Source: a virus. Taken from it: a stretch of 64,000 bases of DNA. Under the pieces are notes generated by a model. That model did no database searches, had not been told where the DNA came from, and was given only the letters and a program-made list of their open reading frames with translations. A program made the position numbers and the translations under genes. Shown piece after piece: positions 50,103 through 58,382 of this stretch. The stretch is taken from positions 115,716 through 179,715 of IMG/VR virus record IMGVR_UViG_3300032268_001078; one strand, written 5' to 3'. Each line of letters opens with the position of its first letter. Within the stretch, counting starts at the first letter, position 1.

Positions 50103-50846
50103 TTACATTTTTTTTACAATGCCGTTCTGTTGATATTGACTATATAAAACAACATATAATTCTTTCATGCGTTTAATAATTTTAGTAATATGAGTTGTAT
50201 CACAGTCAACCATTTCTTTAATGAATATATAAAACGCTTTTTTATTAAATATATCTATATTTTCTCTTTTACGAAATATTTCTAAAATAGCATCAGCTAG
50301 TTTTTTATCTTTTTCTTTAGGAAATAATGTATCTATATAAGTTTCTATATATAATACATAGATATTTAAAAAATCACTTAATTCAGTATTTGTTTCTTGA
50401 ATTACAAATTCTTTAGTTACTTCTCTTTCTTCATTAACTTCATCAACATCTGAATGTGATTTGAGTTTTTTATAATTGTTTTGATTATTGAAAATAAAAT
50501 AACGTTTTGCTATTGTTCCAAAATAACTGTATGCTTTTCCTTTTCCCGGTTGAAATTTTTTTAAACGTTCAATTAAGAAAATAATGGCTTCATGTTGAAT
50601 TTCTTGAATTGAATGATTATCTGTATAATAGTATTTGTATGTATGAATTAAATTTTCAGTTAATTTAGTAAAAGCATAATGAATTCTTTCTCTGTATACT
50701 TTATTTCTAATAAAATCATCATCTGATGCTACATATTCAATAATAGCGTCTTCAGTGTCCTGAGTAAAATAGTTTCTACTCTTTTTTGGTTTACGTTTTC
50801 TAAGTGTTCCTTTTTTAGTATATAAGTTAGGATCTAAATTACTCAT
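50103..50846 (-). CDS. gp55: Phage sigma factor, probably late (T4 gp55-like)
   Basis: YFTQDTEDAI...TENLIHTYKYY...KFQPGKGKAYSYFGTIAKRYFI, resembling sigma region 2. Confidence 0.65.
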   Translation of the reverse strand: MSNLDPNLYTKKGTLRKRKPKKSRNYFTQDTEDAIIEYVASDDDFIRNKVYRERIHYAFTKLTENLIHTYKYYYTDNHSIQEIQHEAIIFLIERLKKFQPGKGKAYSYFGTIAKRYFIFNNQNNYKKLKSHSDVDEVNEEREVTKEFVIQETNTELSDFLNIYVLYIETYIDTLFPKEKDKKLADAILEIFRKRENIDIFNKKAFYIFIKEMVDCDTTHITKIIKRMKELYVVLYSQYQQNGIVKKM

Positions 50847-51109
50847 TATTTAAAGTTTTTTAAGGTCTCATTTAATTCTTTCAAATCTATCCACATTTGA
50901 CCTATATAATCGTTTGCTCTAAATAAATTTTGTTGATCAATTACATCAAATGTTTTAGTAATTTGATCAATAGATTTACGAGTTGTTTCAATATATTCAG
51001 CTTGTTGTTGAGCTATTTTTTCTAATTTTTCATTTCTACGATATTGGGTGATAATGATATAAACCATTATACTTACAATCCACAACCCAATATTAATTAT
51101 CCAAACCAT
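50846..51109 (-). CDS. Small membrane-anchored coiled-coil protein
   Basis: N-terminal TM WIINIGLWIVSIMVYIII. Confidence 0.55.
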   Translation of the reverse strand: MVWIINIGLWIVSIMVYIIITQYRRNEKLEKIAQQQAEYIETTRKSIDQITKTFDVIDQQNLFRANDYIGQMWIDLKELNETLKNFK

Positions 51110-51110
51110 A

Positions 51111-51884
51111 TTATAAATTTTTTAACATATCAGCAAAAGCATTATTTTTAGTTCCAATTGTTCTAATTGCTTTTTCTTGACTTGATTGTTTAACTGTTGT
51201 TTTTACTTTATCTTGTTTAGGAATTTGAAAACTATCTAACCATTCTGCTTCAAATTCTACTCTAGCAGCTAAAAAATCGGCTTGCTGAATAATAAATATT
51301 AATGAAGTACGAGGCTTAGTTTCTGGAGACCAAGATTTTAAATAAGGTTCATTAGCTGGGTCGTAAAGTCCATCATGTAATTTAATTGCTAAAGTTTCAT
51401 TTTGAGACATTTTAATTCCTAATTCATTTAATAACCAAATACCTCTATCAGGAACAGACATATAAGTTAATTTTTGATTAAACATATACATTTCTCCTAA
51501 TTTTTCTCTTCTCCATTGATCAGTATTATCTAATACTGCTTGATTTTCAAAATCCCCAAATTTTCCTAAGTCATGATTTAATGCACTAAATACTAATTCT
51601 TCTATAGTATATGTATCTTTAACATTAAATTGACGCCATACTTTATTTATTTCTAAAGCTGCTTCTATTACTCTAATAACGTGATCAATATATCCTCCCT
51701 CGAAGGCATTATGATACTCTCTTTTATGAGAGGCTGGCATAAGACAAAATCGTTCCTCATACTTCTGATAAAAACCTAATAACTGTTCTTTTCGAGGTGA
51801 GGATATGTATTGATCTATAATTGAGAGAAAACGATTCCAATTTTCTAAAATTTGTTCTGAAGTTAATTTGATATTGTTACTCAT
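51111..51884 (-). CDS. HD-domain phosphohydrolase
   Basis: HNAFEGGYIDHV, NHDLGK, LHDG, QADF. Confidence 0.85.
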   Translation of the reverse strand: MSNNIKLTSEQILENWNRFLSIIDQYISSPRKEQLLGFYQKYEERFCLMPASHKREYHNAFEGGYIDHVIRVIEAALEINKVWRQFNVKDTYTIEELVFSALNHDLGKFGDFENQAVLDNTDQWRREKLGEMYMFNQKLTYMSVPDRGIWLLNELGIKMSQNETLAIKLHDGLYDPANEPYLKSWSPETKPRTSLIFIIQQADFLAARVEFEAEWLDSFQIPKQDKVKTTVKQSSQEKAIRTIGTKNNAFADMLKNL

Positions 51885-51920
51885 ACAACTATATTATAAT
51901 AATAAAATTTAAAAAAACCC

Positions 51921-52112
51921 TTATCTTTGTTCTGGTTCGTTATTAAGATAAGTACGTGCTTGATCAACTGCTGAATGTAGTTGATACATTAAACGTGCCA
52001 TATCTTCTTGGTCACGTTGATTTGAAGGTCTAGTTTTAAGAAAAAATTCTAAACCTTTTGCTGAAGATTCAATAGTTGATAGAATCTCTTGGTATTGTGT
52101 TTTGTATCTCAT
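51921..52112 (-). CDS. Small hypothetical protein
   Basis: 63-aa ORF with ATGA overlap. Confidence 0.5.
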   Translation of the reverse strand: MRYKTQYQEILSTIESSAKGLEFFLKTRPSNQRDQEDMARLMYQLHSAVDQARTYLNNEPEQR

Positions 52113-52459
52113 AGATGTACTGTTAATTGTTTATAAAATGATATGTTTGAATTTAATATAATAACACTTTTATCTATAACCCCTGATGTATTAACAATAA
52201 TTTTAGATTCTGGATATAATGTAAAAACAATTGGATAAGCATCCGTTTTAAGAGTAGATTCAATTTTATCAGCTATGTTACTATGTTCATTTTGATTACA
52301 ATCAAATGCTTCATAACTCCACCCATCAATCATTAATTCAGCTTCTAATTCTTTACATTTACTACATCCACTAAGTTTAAATAGTATTATTTGGGGATCG
52401 AATTCGGTACCTTTTTCCCCTTGATAACTTCGTACCTTATTTATTAATGCTTCAATCAT
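52109..52459 (-). CDS. Glutaredoxin/thioredoxin-fold protein (start reassigned to ATG 52459)
   Basis: ILFKLSGCSKC CxxC motif; AYPIV cis-Pro motif; promoter motifs at 52466-52485. Confidence 0.7.
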   Translation of the reverse strand: MIEALINKVRSYQGEKGTEFDPQIILFKLSGCSKCKELEAELMIDGWSYEAFDCNQNEHSNIADKIESTLKTDAYPIVFTLYPESKIIVNTSGVIDKSVIILNSNISFYKQLTVHL

Positions 52460-52647
52460 ATTGACATAAATATAATAACAAAGTTTATTTTTCCCCCCTC
52501 CATAACTTAGGAAAACTAATTTGTAAAACAAAAACTAAGTATAATAATTTGATTTTAAGGCAATCACACCAATCAGATCCAACATTAAGGTTATCCTTAT
52601 GTAGTTTAAGACATACTAGTCTGTTTGTGAGACAATAGTATGATAAT

Positions 52648-52687
52648 AAAAAAGGGTAAAAAGCCAAAACTCTTTACCCCTTCTTTT
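52648..52687 (-). terminator. Intrinsic terminator
   Basis: Minus-strand stem GGGUAAAGAG/CUUUUUACCC followed by a U-tract. Confidence 0.8.
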
Positions 52688-52703
52688 ATAAGTAAATTTT
52701 ATA

Positions 52704-54041
52704 TTATCTAATTCCAGCCATTCGTTGAATTCTTTCAAGTAAAGCATTATCAGCATCATCTGCTGTTAAATCACTTCTCATTTGACTAAACATACCTTTC
52801 AACTGATTCATTTGTTGAGGTGTTATTCTATCATTAATAATATTAGTAATTAATTGAATAAATTCATTATTTTCTAATTTATAAATATCTTGTAAAAAAT
52901 CGTCTCTTTCAGCTGGTGTAACATTGGTTTCTAATTTATTAATTACATCTTGTAAACCTTTAGCTATAATTTGACCATAAGCAATATCTTCAGGTTCATT
53001 TTGAATTTTATCAGTATATTTAACTACTTTTTCTCCTCTTTCTAAATCACTAAAACCAAATAAACCAATAATTTCATACATTCCTTTTACAATTTCATGA
53101 ATTAATACTGGAAAACAAATAGCTCTTGCTTTAATAATCCATTTTTCTTTTTCAAAATCAAAATAAACACTTTCAGCTCCTACACTACTATCTTCCATTG
53201 GTGATCCACCCCCTCCTGACATTCCTAACATAAAATCAATCATATCAAGGGCCGCTTGCATTAAATCTCTGTATTTATCACTTGCACCTTCTCCACTAAC
53301 AATATCAACATATTCTTGTTGAACATAATGAGCTGTTTTACTTAAACTTGCTCCACCTTGAGTTACAGAATTAATAAGTCTTCTTTTCATTAATTCACCT
53401 GTTAATTCTTCAGCTTCATCTTCTTCTTCTTCATCCATTTCAGGTGTATTTAAAGCATCTTTAACTTGAGATTGTGGAACTATTTTAGCATCAATTTCAA
53501 TAGCATCAGTTTGTGCTAAATAAGGATAAGCTTCATTAACAACATCTAAAGCTAGTTGTTCTAATAAATCTTCGTTTCCTTTTTCCATTTGCATTACTTG
53601 CATAGCAAGTTGTTGCATTTGTCTTCCTACTTGCATTGGATTTTTACCTTGAATCCTTTGAGCAACTCCACCTTTAAGTTTACCTAAAGTTTCAGGATCA
53701 AAAATTTTATCATACTCAGCTTCATTTAATTTATCAAATTCAGCCTTATATCTAGCTACAATTTTATTCATAATACTATTTGAAGCTTCTTTCATTCCAG
53801 CTGGTTTTGGTTTTGGACCGTTTTTAGGAGCCTGATGTGGTTTTTCTGTTCCTTTAGTTTGAGCTTTAGGAGCTGGTTTAGGACTAGTAGCTGGACTTGG
53901 AACAGAACGTCTTCTAGGTTCTGGTCTTGTAGAAGGTCTTCCTGGCATTACATCCGGTTGAGGAGCTTTTCCTGGTTGTTCCTGAGGAGCTCTTTGTGGA
54001 GCAGCAGGACTTTCATTTAAAAGATTTTTAAGCTTAATCAT
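52704..54041 (-). CDS. Putative internal head protein with Pro-rich N-terminus
   Basis: MIKLKNLLNE N-terminus; KRRLINSVTQGG and FPVLIHEIVKG core; C-terminal RIQRMAGIR. Confidence 0.6.
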   Translation of the reverse strand: MIKLKNLLNESPAAPQRAPQEQPGKAPQPDVMPGRPSTRPEPRRRSVPSPATSPKPAPKAQTKGTEKPHQAPKNGPKPKPAGMKEASNSIMNKIVARYKAEFDKLNEAEYDKIFDPETLGKLKGGVAQRIQGKNPMQVGRQMQQLAMQVMQMEKGNEDLLEQLALDVVNEAYPYLAQTDAIEIDAKIVPQSQVKDALNTPEMDEEEEDEAEELTGELMKRRLINSVTQGGASLSKTAHYVQQEYVDIVSGEGASDKYRDLMQAALDMIDFMLGMSGGGGSPMEDSSVGAESVYFDFEKEKWIIKARAICFPVLIHEIVKGMYEIIGLFGFSDLERGEKVVKYTDKIQNEPEDIAYGQIIAKGLQDVINKLETNVTPAERDDFLQDIYKLENNEFIQLITNIINDRITPQQMNQLKGMFSQMRSDLTADDADNALLERIQRMAGIR

Positions 54042-54229
54042 AGTATTATTATAACAATAAATATATTATAAATTAGTATCTTATAAATCTCTAAATAGTT
54101 TTTTAATTACTTTTTTGTGGGTATTTAAATAATTTTTTGACTTCGACTACTTTGATATATTAACGTTTATTATTAATATTACCAAATAAACTTTCGCTTA
54201 TTCCGTCAATTAAATTCAAATATAAATTA

Positions 54230-55222
54230 TTATTTATAAGGATCTAAAATATAACCATCTTCCATTTTATTTTGTACCATATTAATAGAAAATTTACTAA
54301 TATATTCACTATTATCTTTCTTAAGTAAAACACTATTACCTTCAAAACCTACTATATAATAACTAGATTCAGAACTTATCACTCCAGGTTCAATAGTATC
54401 TCCTTTACCTAAATAAATAATATTAGGGTTAAAGTCTTTAGCCATTTCTAAATCATCTGGTGTTAATTCAAATTTTTCATTTACTTTATCTAAAATTTTA
54501 ACATCAACTTGTAAGTCTTCCCATTCATTTTCCCAAGGTGATTCATAATAATCTTCAGGTATATCTTCAATAACTTCATCACCTTCTAGTATTTTTCTCA
54601 TTAAAAAATCACTATCCCATAGATTATCATAAATAATTGATTCAATTTCTTCTGGGTTATAAGGAATAGACATTCCTAATTCTCTTTCTAAATCTTCACT
54701 ATTAATTATACATTTAGTCGTTTTTTCAATTAAATCATTCTCTTCATCTTCATAATTATAAAAATTATATGTTGAATGACTTATTATTTCAATATTAAAA
54801 TCTTGGAAATGTTTAGCTAATTCTAAATCTTCGTCTCCTAAAGAAAATTCTTCTTCTTTTAATTTAGGTTTAGGTAAAATTATTTTATGTCCATTTGAAA
54901 GCATTTTTTGAACATCATCAAGATCCATTTTAAATACATTACGTGGCTCACCTTCTTCAACTAAATTTATTTTCCAAACAGCAACACCATTTTTATCTTC
55001 TTGATATATTTTTTGAACAATAAAATTACCATTTCCTATGTATCTGTAAATTATATCTGGATTTTTAAACATATTGGCATTGATTTTACTGCCTTTTGTT
55101 ATGTTTTGATTTTGAAGACCCTTAGCTAATTCTAAATCGTTATCTCCTAAAGAAAATTCTTCTTGTTCATTTAAGAATAATTGATATTCTTTCCATTTAT
55201 GTAAGTCAAAGTTGTCTCTCAT
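54230..55222 (-). CDS. Acidic three-module repeat protein (start probably ATG 55222)
   Basis: Three F(S/E)L(G/T)xxDLExAK motifs, each preceded by LNE, LKE or VNE. Confidence 0.75.
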   Translation of the reverse strand: MRDNFDLHKWKEYQLFLNEQEEFSLGDNDLELAKGLQNQNITKGSKINANMFKNPDIIYRYIGNGNFIVQKIYQEDKNGVAVWKINLVEEGEPRNVFKMDLDDVQKMLSNGHKIILPKPKLKEEEFSLGDEDLELAKHFQDFNIEIISHSTYNFYNYEDEENDLIEKTTKCIINSEDLERELGMSIPYNPEEIESIIYDNLWDSDFLMRKILEGDEVIEDIPEDYYESPWENEWEDLQVDVKILDKVNEKFELTPDDLEMAKDFNPNIIYLGKGDTIEPGVISSESSYYIVGFEGNSVLLKKDNSEYISKFSINMVQNKMEDGYILDPYK

Positions 55223-55608
55223 TTTGTTTTTCCCCAAGTTTTACCTTTACCTTTTCTTTTACATCCAGCTGGAGTAGGTCTACAAGCAGGATACTTTGAT
55301 CTTACTTCACCTTTTTTTCTTCCACAAGCTTTATAACCTCCTTTTCCATCAGGAGCATTACAATCTACCCAACCACCTTCTTTACCTTTTGGACCTGAAC
55401 GTTTAAACCACTTATGAAGCGATTCATCTTCATTAACTGTTTCTTCAGAAATTCCTTTCCAAATTTCACCTCTACGACATCTAACTACAGCACCTGACTT
55501 ATAAGCTGATGGTTTGTCAAACTTACGATCAGCAATTCGAAGACATCTGTCTCGTTTTGATTTTTTTTCAGTAAGAACTTCTGTTAATATATTTGTAAGT
55601 TTAATCAT
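55219..55608 (-). CDS. Small basic Cys-containing protein (two mini-domains)
   Basis: MIKLTNILTE; PSAYKSGAVVRC; VNE junction; LHKWF...WVDC...CGR...YPACRP. Confidence 0.65.
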   Translation of the reverse strand: MIKLTNILTEVLTEKKSKRDRCLRIADRKFDKPSAYKSGAVVRCRRGEIWKGISEETVNEDESLHKWFKRSGPKGKEGGWVDCNAPDGKGGYKACGRKKGEVRSKYPACRPTPAGCKRKGKGKTWGKTK

Positions 55609-55846
55609 TTATAGGTTCCCACCAATTAGTACAATATTCATCAGCTGCATAAGGAATTTTATTTGTACCTGCCCAATCACTGTAATAAGTACTTGTACAA
55701 ATTTGTTCTTCTTTATTCCAAAATTTACAATTAGCACAACAAGAACCTCCTTTAGGTACTTTTAAACCGGCTTTATGGGTTGGAGGTAAAATCATTTCAC
55801 CTTTACCACCATAGTTTTCTGTTAATATGTTTGTAAGTTTAATCAT
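55601..55846 (-). CDS. Small Cys-rich (metal-binding) protein; start reassigned to ATG 55846
   Basis: MIKLTNILTE; CCANC...C...CTNW. Confidence 0.65.
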   Translation of the reverse strand: MIKLTNILTENYGGKGEMILPPTHKAGLKVPKGGSCCANCKFWNKEEQICTSTYYSDWAGTNKIPYAADEYCTNWWEPIND

Positions 55847-55847
55847 A

Positions 55848-56237
55848 TTACCATTTTCTACAAGACCAATAGTTTGCTTTATGGCGAGGACCTGGATTAT
55901 CACAATGGTGTCTTGCTCTATAAGCTGCTCTTCGTTTAGGATTATTTTTCTTAATAACCATTCGTTTACCTTTAGCACTTTTGCCTCCAAAACCAAAATT
56001 TACTTTAACTACTTTACCTTTAGGATTTTTAACATATACCTTAAATTTTTTGATGTCACCTTGCATAGGTTTACCTAATTGTACCTTACGACCTTTGTAT
56101 TCTGCTTCACGTAAACAAGAATCACAATCAGTAGATTTATATTCTCTCATAAATTGAATAAACGATCTAACATCATCAATGTTTTCAACATCGTATTCTT
56201 CAATTTCATTATTAATAAGTTCAGTTAATTTTATCAT
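55848..56237 (-). CDS. Small basic protein of the AEYxGRKV...RARHxC...YWSCxKW family (recalled as widespread in T4-like cyanophages)
   Basis: AEYKGRKVQLGKP...KKFKVYVKNPKGKVVKVNFG...YRARHHC...YWSCRKW. Confidence 0.7.
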   Translation of the reverse strand: MIKLTELINNEIEEYDVENIDDVRSFIQFMREYKSTDCDSCLREAEYKGRKVQLGKPMQGDIKKFKVYVKNPKGKVVKVNFGFGGKSAKGKRMVIKKNNPKRRAAYRARHHCDNPGPRHKANYWSCRKW

Positions 56238-57937
56238 CTGTTATAAATATTAGGTTCAATCATATATTCTGGTTTTAATAAATAATTAATATTTTCTATG
56301 TCGATATTAATTTCATTTCCATTTTCAGTATTTAAATAAACATAATTATCTTCAATCATAGAAATTGTCCAATTTTCATCACGATTATCAATAAAATTTT
56401 CTAAGTCAGGATTATTTGGATTCCACATATTAGGAGTAATTTGGTTACCTACTTCTAAGTATTTAATAACTTTTAAACCATTAGTTAATCCAATATCTTC
56501 AGGACCCATTTCAAAAGTTTCGTTTATATTATTTTCTAAATAAGCATCAAAATCACCAATTAATTCTTTATTAGTTATATTTAAATATGGTTCCATATCT
56601 CCATAATCATACATATCTAACATGTATTCTTTAATATTGTCTAATTCAAAATTAGCTTTAATTAAAATAGGAACAGCCCATTCTTTAAATTCTTCATATG
56701 TTTCTCCTGTCCAATTTTCTTCATCTAAACCTTTAGCCAGTTCTAAATCTTCATCACCCAACTCAAATGTTTCCTCTAAATCATTTTTACTAGGAATATA
56801 AGCATTTATATTATTCATAAGATCTTTATTAAAATAATCTACAGTAAAAGTATAAACATTCTCAGGACGCATAGCAAACTCAAATGCTACTATTTCATCA
56901 TCATAATAAACAAGTTCTTTATACTGGCCTTCATTTGGACCTATGTAAATAATTTTTTTAACAAGACTACGTATACGTGAAGGAGCATCTTCTAATTTTG
57001 TCCAAGCACCAGCATATTCAGGATTAGAACTATCATAAAAATAGTCTCCTACTTTAAGTTCACGTTTATTAAAATCTTTAGCTAGTTCTAAATCTTCATC
57101 TCCTAATTCAAAGTCTTCATTAACTCGATTTAAAGGTTTAATTAAATCAACAGTAACTTCCATTTCATCAAGATTCCAAGCATCTTGAGGAAATTTAGAC
57201 CAATTAATAGGATTAAATACTTTATAAGCTTTATCTTGAATCCACTCTTCAATAAGATGACTACTCCACAAATCAGCAGGTTGCCCAAGTTCCTCATAAG
57301 CTAATTCTATAAGACTTTCATAAAGTGTCTCTATAAAAGCTTTGTCTTTTAATTTACTAGGAATTTCATCTGCAGCATAAGTTTCATATGGACTGTATTT
57401 ATCAATTAATTCTACTAATTCATCAACACTATAGTGAAGTCTATAAGTAGTTTCATGATCAGGTACACTTGGAAATGCTTTAGAATCACTATTCCAATTA
57501 TAAATAAGATGAACGTCTACTTGTACTTCAGGTTCATCATTAAGTTGTTTTGCCAATTTTAAATCTTCATCTCCAAGTTCAAATGACTCGTCTATGGGTT
57601 CTGCTTCAATTCGAAATTCAGGTTTTAAATAACCATTAATTTCATGTAAATCAAAATCAAATTCATAGCCAGTTTGTTGTTGTAAAGTAATAAATTCTCC
57701 ATCTTCATCTGTGTCTATATTTAAAATATATAAGGATTTATCTTGAAAATTAGGATCAAATGACTCACCCCACATTTCAGGCTCAATAGTGTCACCTTGT
57801 GTTAAAAATTTAACATTTAAACCTTTAGCCAGTTCTAAGTCTTCATCACCCAATTCAAATTCTTCATTTATGATTTTTGAATTTCTAGTAACTTTGTTTT
57901 CAATAAGAAATTTTTTAATGTCAAAATTGTTTTTCAT
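56234..57937 (-). CDS. Acidic five-module repeat protein
   Basis: Five FE(L/M)GxED(L/I)xL motifs preceded by INE, IDE, VNE, LEE and INE. Confidence 0.8.
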   Translation of the reverse strand: MKNNFDIKKFLIENKVTRNSKIINEEFELGDEDLELAKGLNVKFLTQGDTIEPEMWGESFDPNFQDKSLYILNIDTDEDGEFITLQQQTGYEFDFDLHEINGYLKPEFRIEAEPIDESFELGDEDLKLAKQLNDEPEVQVDVHLIYNWNSDSKAFPSVPDHETTYRLHYSVDELVELIDKYSPYETYAADEIPSKLKDKAFIETLYESLIELAYEELGQPADLWSSHLIEEWIQDKAYKVFNPINWSKFPQDAWNLDEMEVTVDLIKPLNRVNEDFELGDEDLELAKDFNKRELKVGDYFYDSSNPEYAGAWTKLEDAPSRIRSLVKKIIYIGPNEGQYKELVYYDDEIVAFEFAMRPENVYTFTVDYFNKDLMNNINAYIPSKNDLEETFELGDEDLELAKGLDEENWTGETYEEFKEWAVPILIKANFELDNIKEYMLDMYDYGDMEPYLNITNKELIGDFDAYLENNINETFEMGPEDIGLTNGLKVIKYLEVGNQITPNMWNPNNPDLENFIDNRDENWTISMIEDNYVYLNTENGNEINIDIENINYLLKPEYMIEPNIYNR

Positions 57938-57979
57938 GTGATAATAAATATGGGCTAGCCCAATAAATTACTAAAGCCT

Positions 57980-58250
57980 ACGTATATACCTTGTCGGTTT
58001 AAAGTTGATTTTGTCGTAAGGAGAAATTTGGTCCCTGTGGTTTTAATGTTAATTTGACTTTTTGAGAAATTGGGGGTTTAGCTTTGGGTCGACTTGGAGT
58101 TACTTGGAGTCACTTTGGGTTGACTGAAATTGATTAAGCTGGATTATATGAGGCTAAGAGTATCGACGTATATACCACACATGGTTAGTTTAAAGTTTTT
58201 TAGTCGGAAATAGTAGATTATGTGAGGTTGAGAGTATAGATGTATATACA
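57980..58250. repeat. Non-coding left arm with GTATATAC palindromes and short direct repeats
   Basis: GTATATAC at 57982, 58168 and 58242; a degenerate 34-bp duplicate (58142-58175 vs 58216-58249); (G/T/C)ACTT(G/T)G(A/G)GT 10-bp tandem near 58090-58120. Confidence 0.75.
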
Positions 58251-58344
58251 AAATGCGGATTGGTCGAAGTTGTTCAAGGTAGTGCTTTTCGTCACCCACG
58301 CCCGTGCCACGTCTCCGCGCGTCGATTGACAGCGGCTCGCCGTG

Positions 58345-58382
58345 GGTCTAATATTAGACCACATGCGGACCGCTAGCGGTCC
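58345..58382. other. Twin perfect 16-bp palindromes in a GC-rich island
   Basis: GGTCTAATATTAGACC (58345-58360) and GGACCGCTAGCGGTCC (58367-58382). Confidence 0.95.

Larger units (their letters stand above)
18788..51920 (-). promoter_or_regulatory. Middle-type promoter motif G(G/T)(T/A)TTTT-N(about 9)-TTTATTAT(A)
   Basis: Found upstream of the AAA_28 ATPase (about 18790-18817), FAD oxidoreductase (21163-21190), phosphoesterase (22536-22561), glycosyltransferase (23594-23620) and HD protein (51893-51920). Confidence 0.6.
5963..57951 (-). promoter_or_regulatory. Late-type promoter motif ATATTTAT (plus strand ATAAATAT) upstream of structural and cargo genes
   Basis: Copies at 5963, 6700, 7227, 10479, 12192, 13923, 18265, 19768, 22533, 25993, 29241, 32263, 37250, 43930, 46643, 50091, 52466, 54057 and 57944; all within about 5-16 nt of a start codon except 10479. 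Confidence 0.8.

Noticed and set aside
58345-58382. Protelomerase telRL site
   Set aside because: Two separate 16-bp palindromes rather than one long inverted repeat, and no protelomerase gene in the window.
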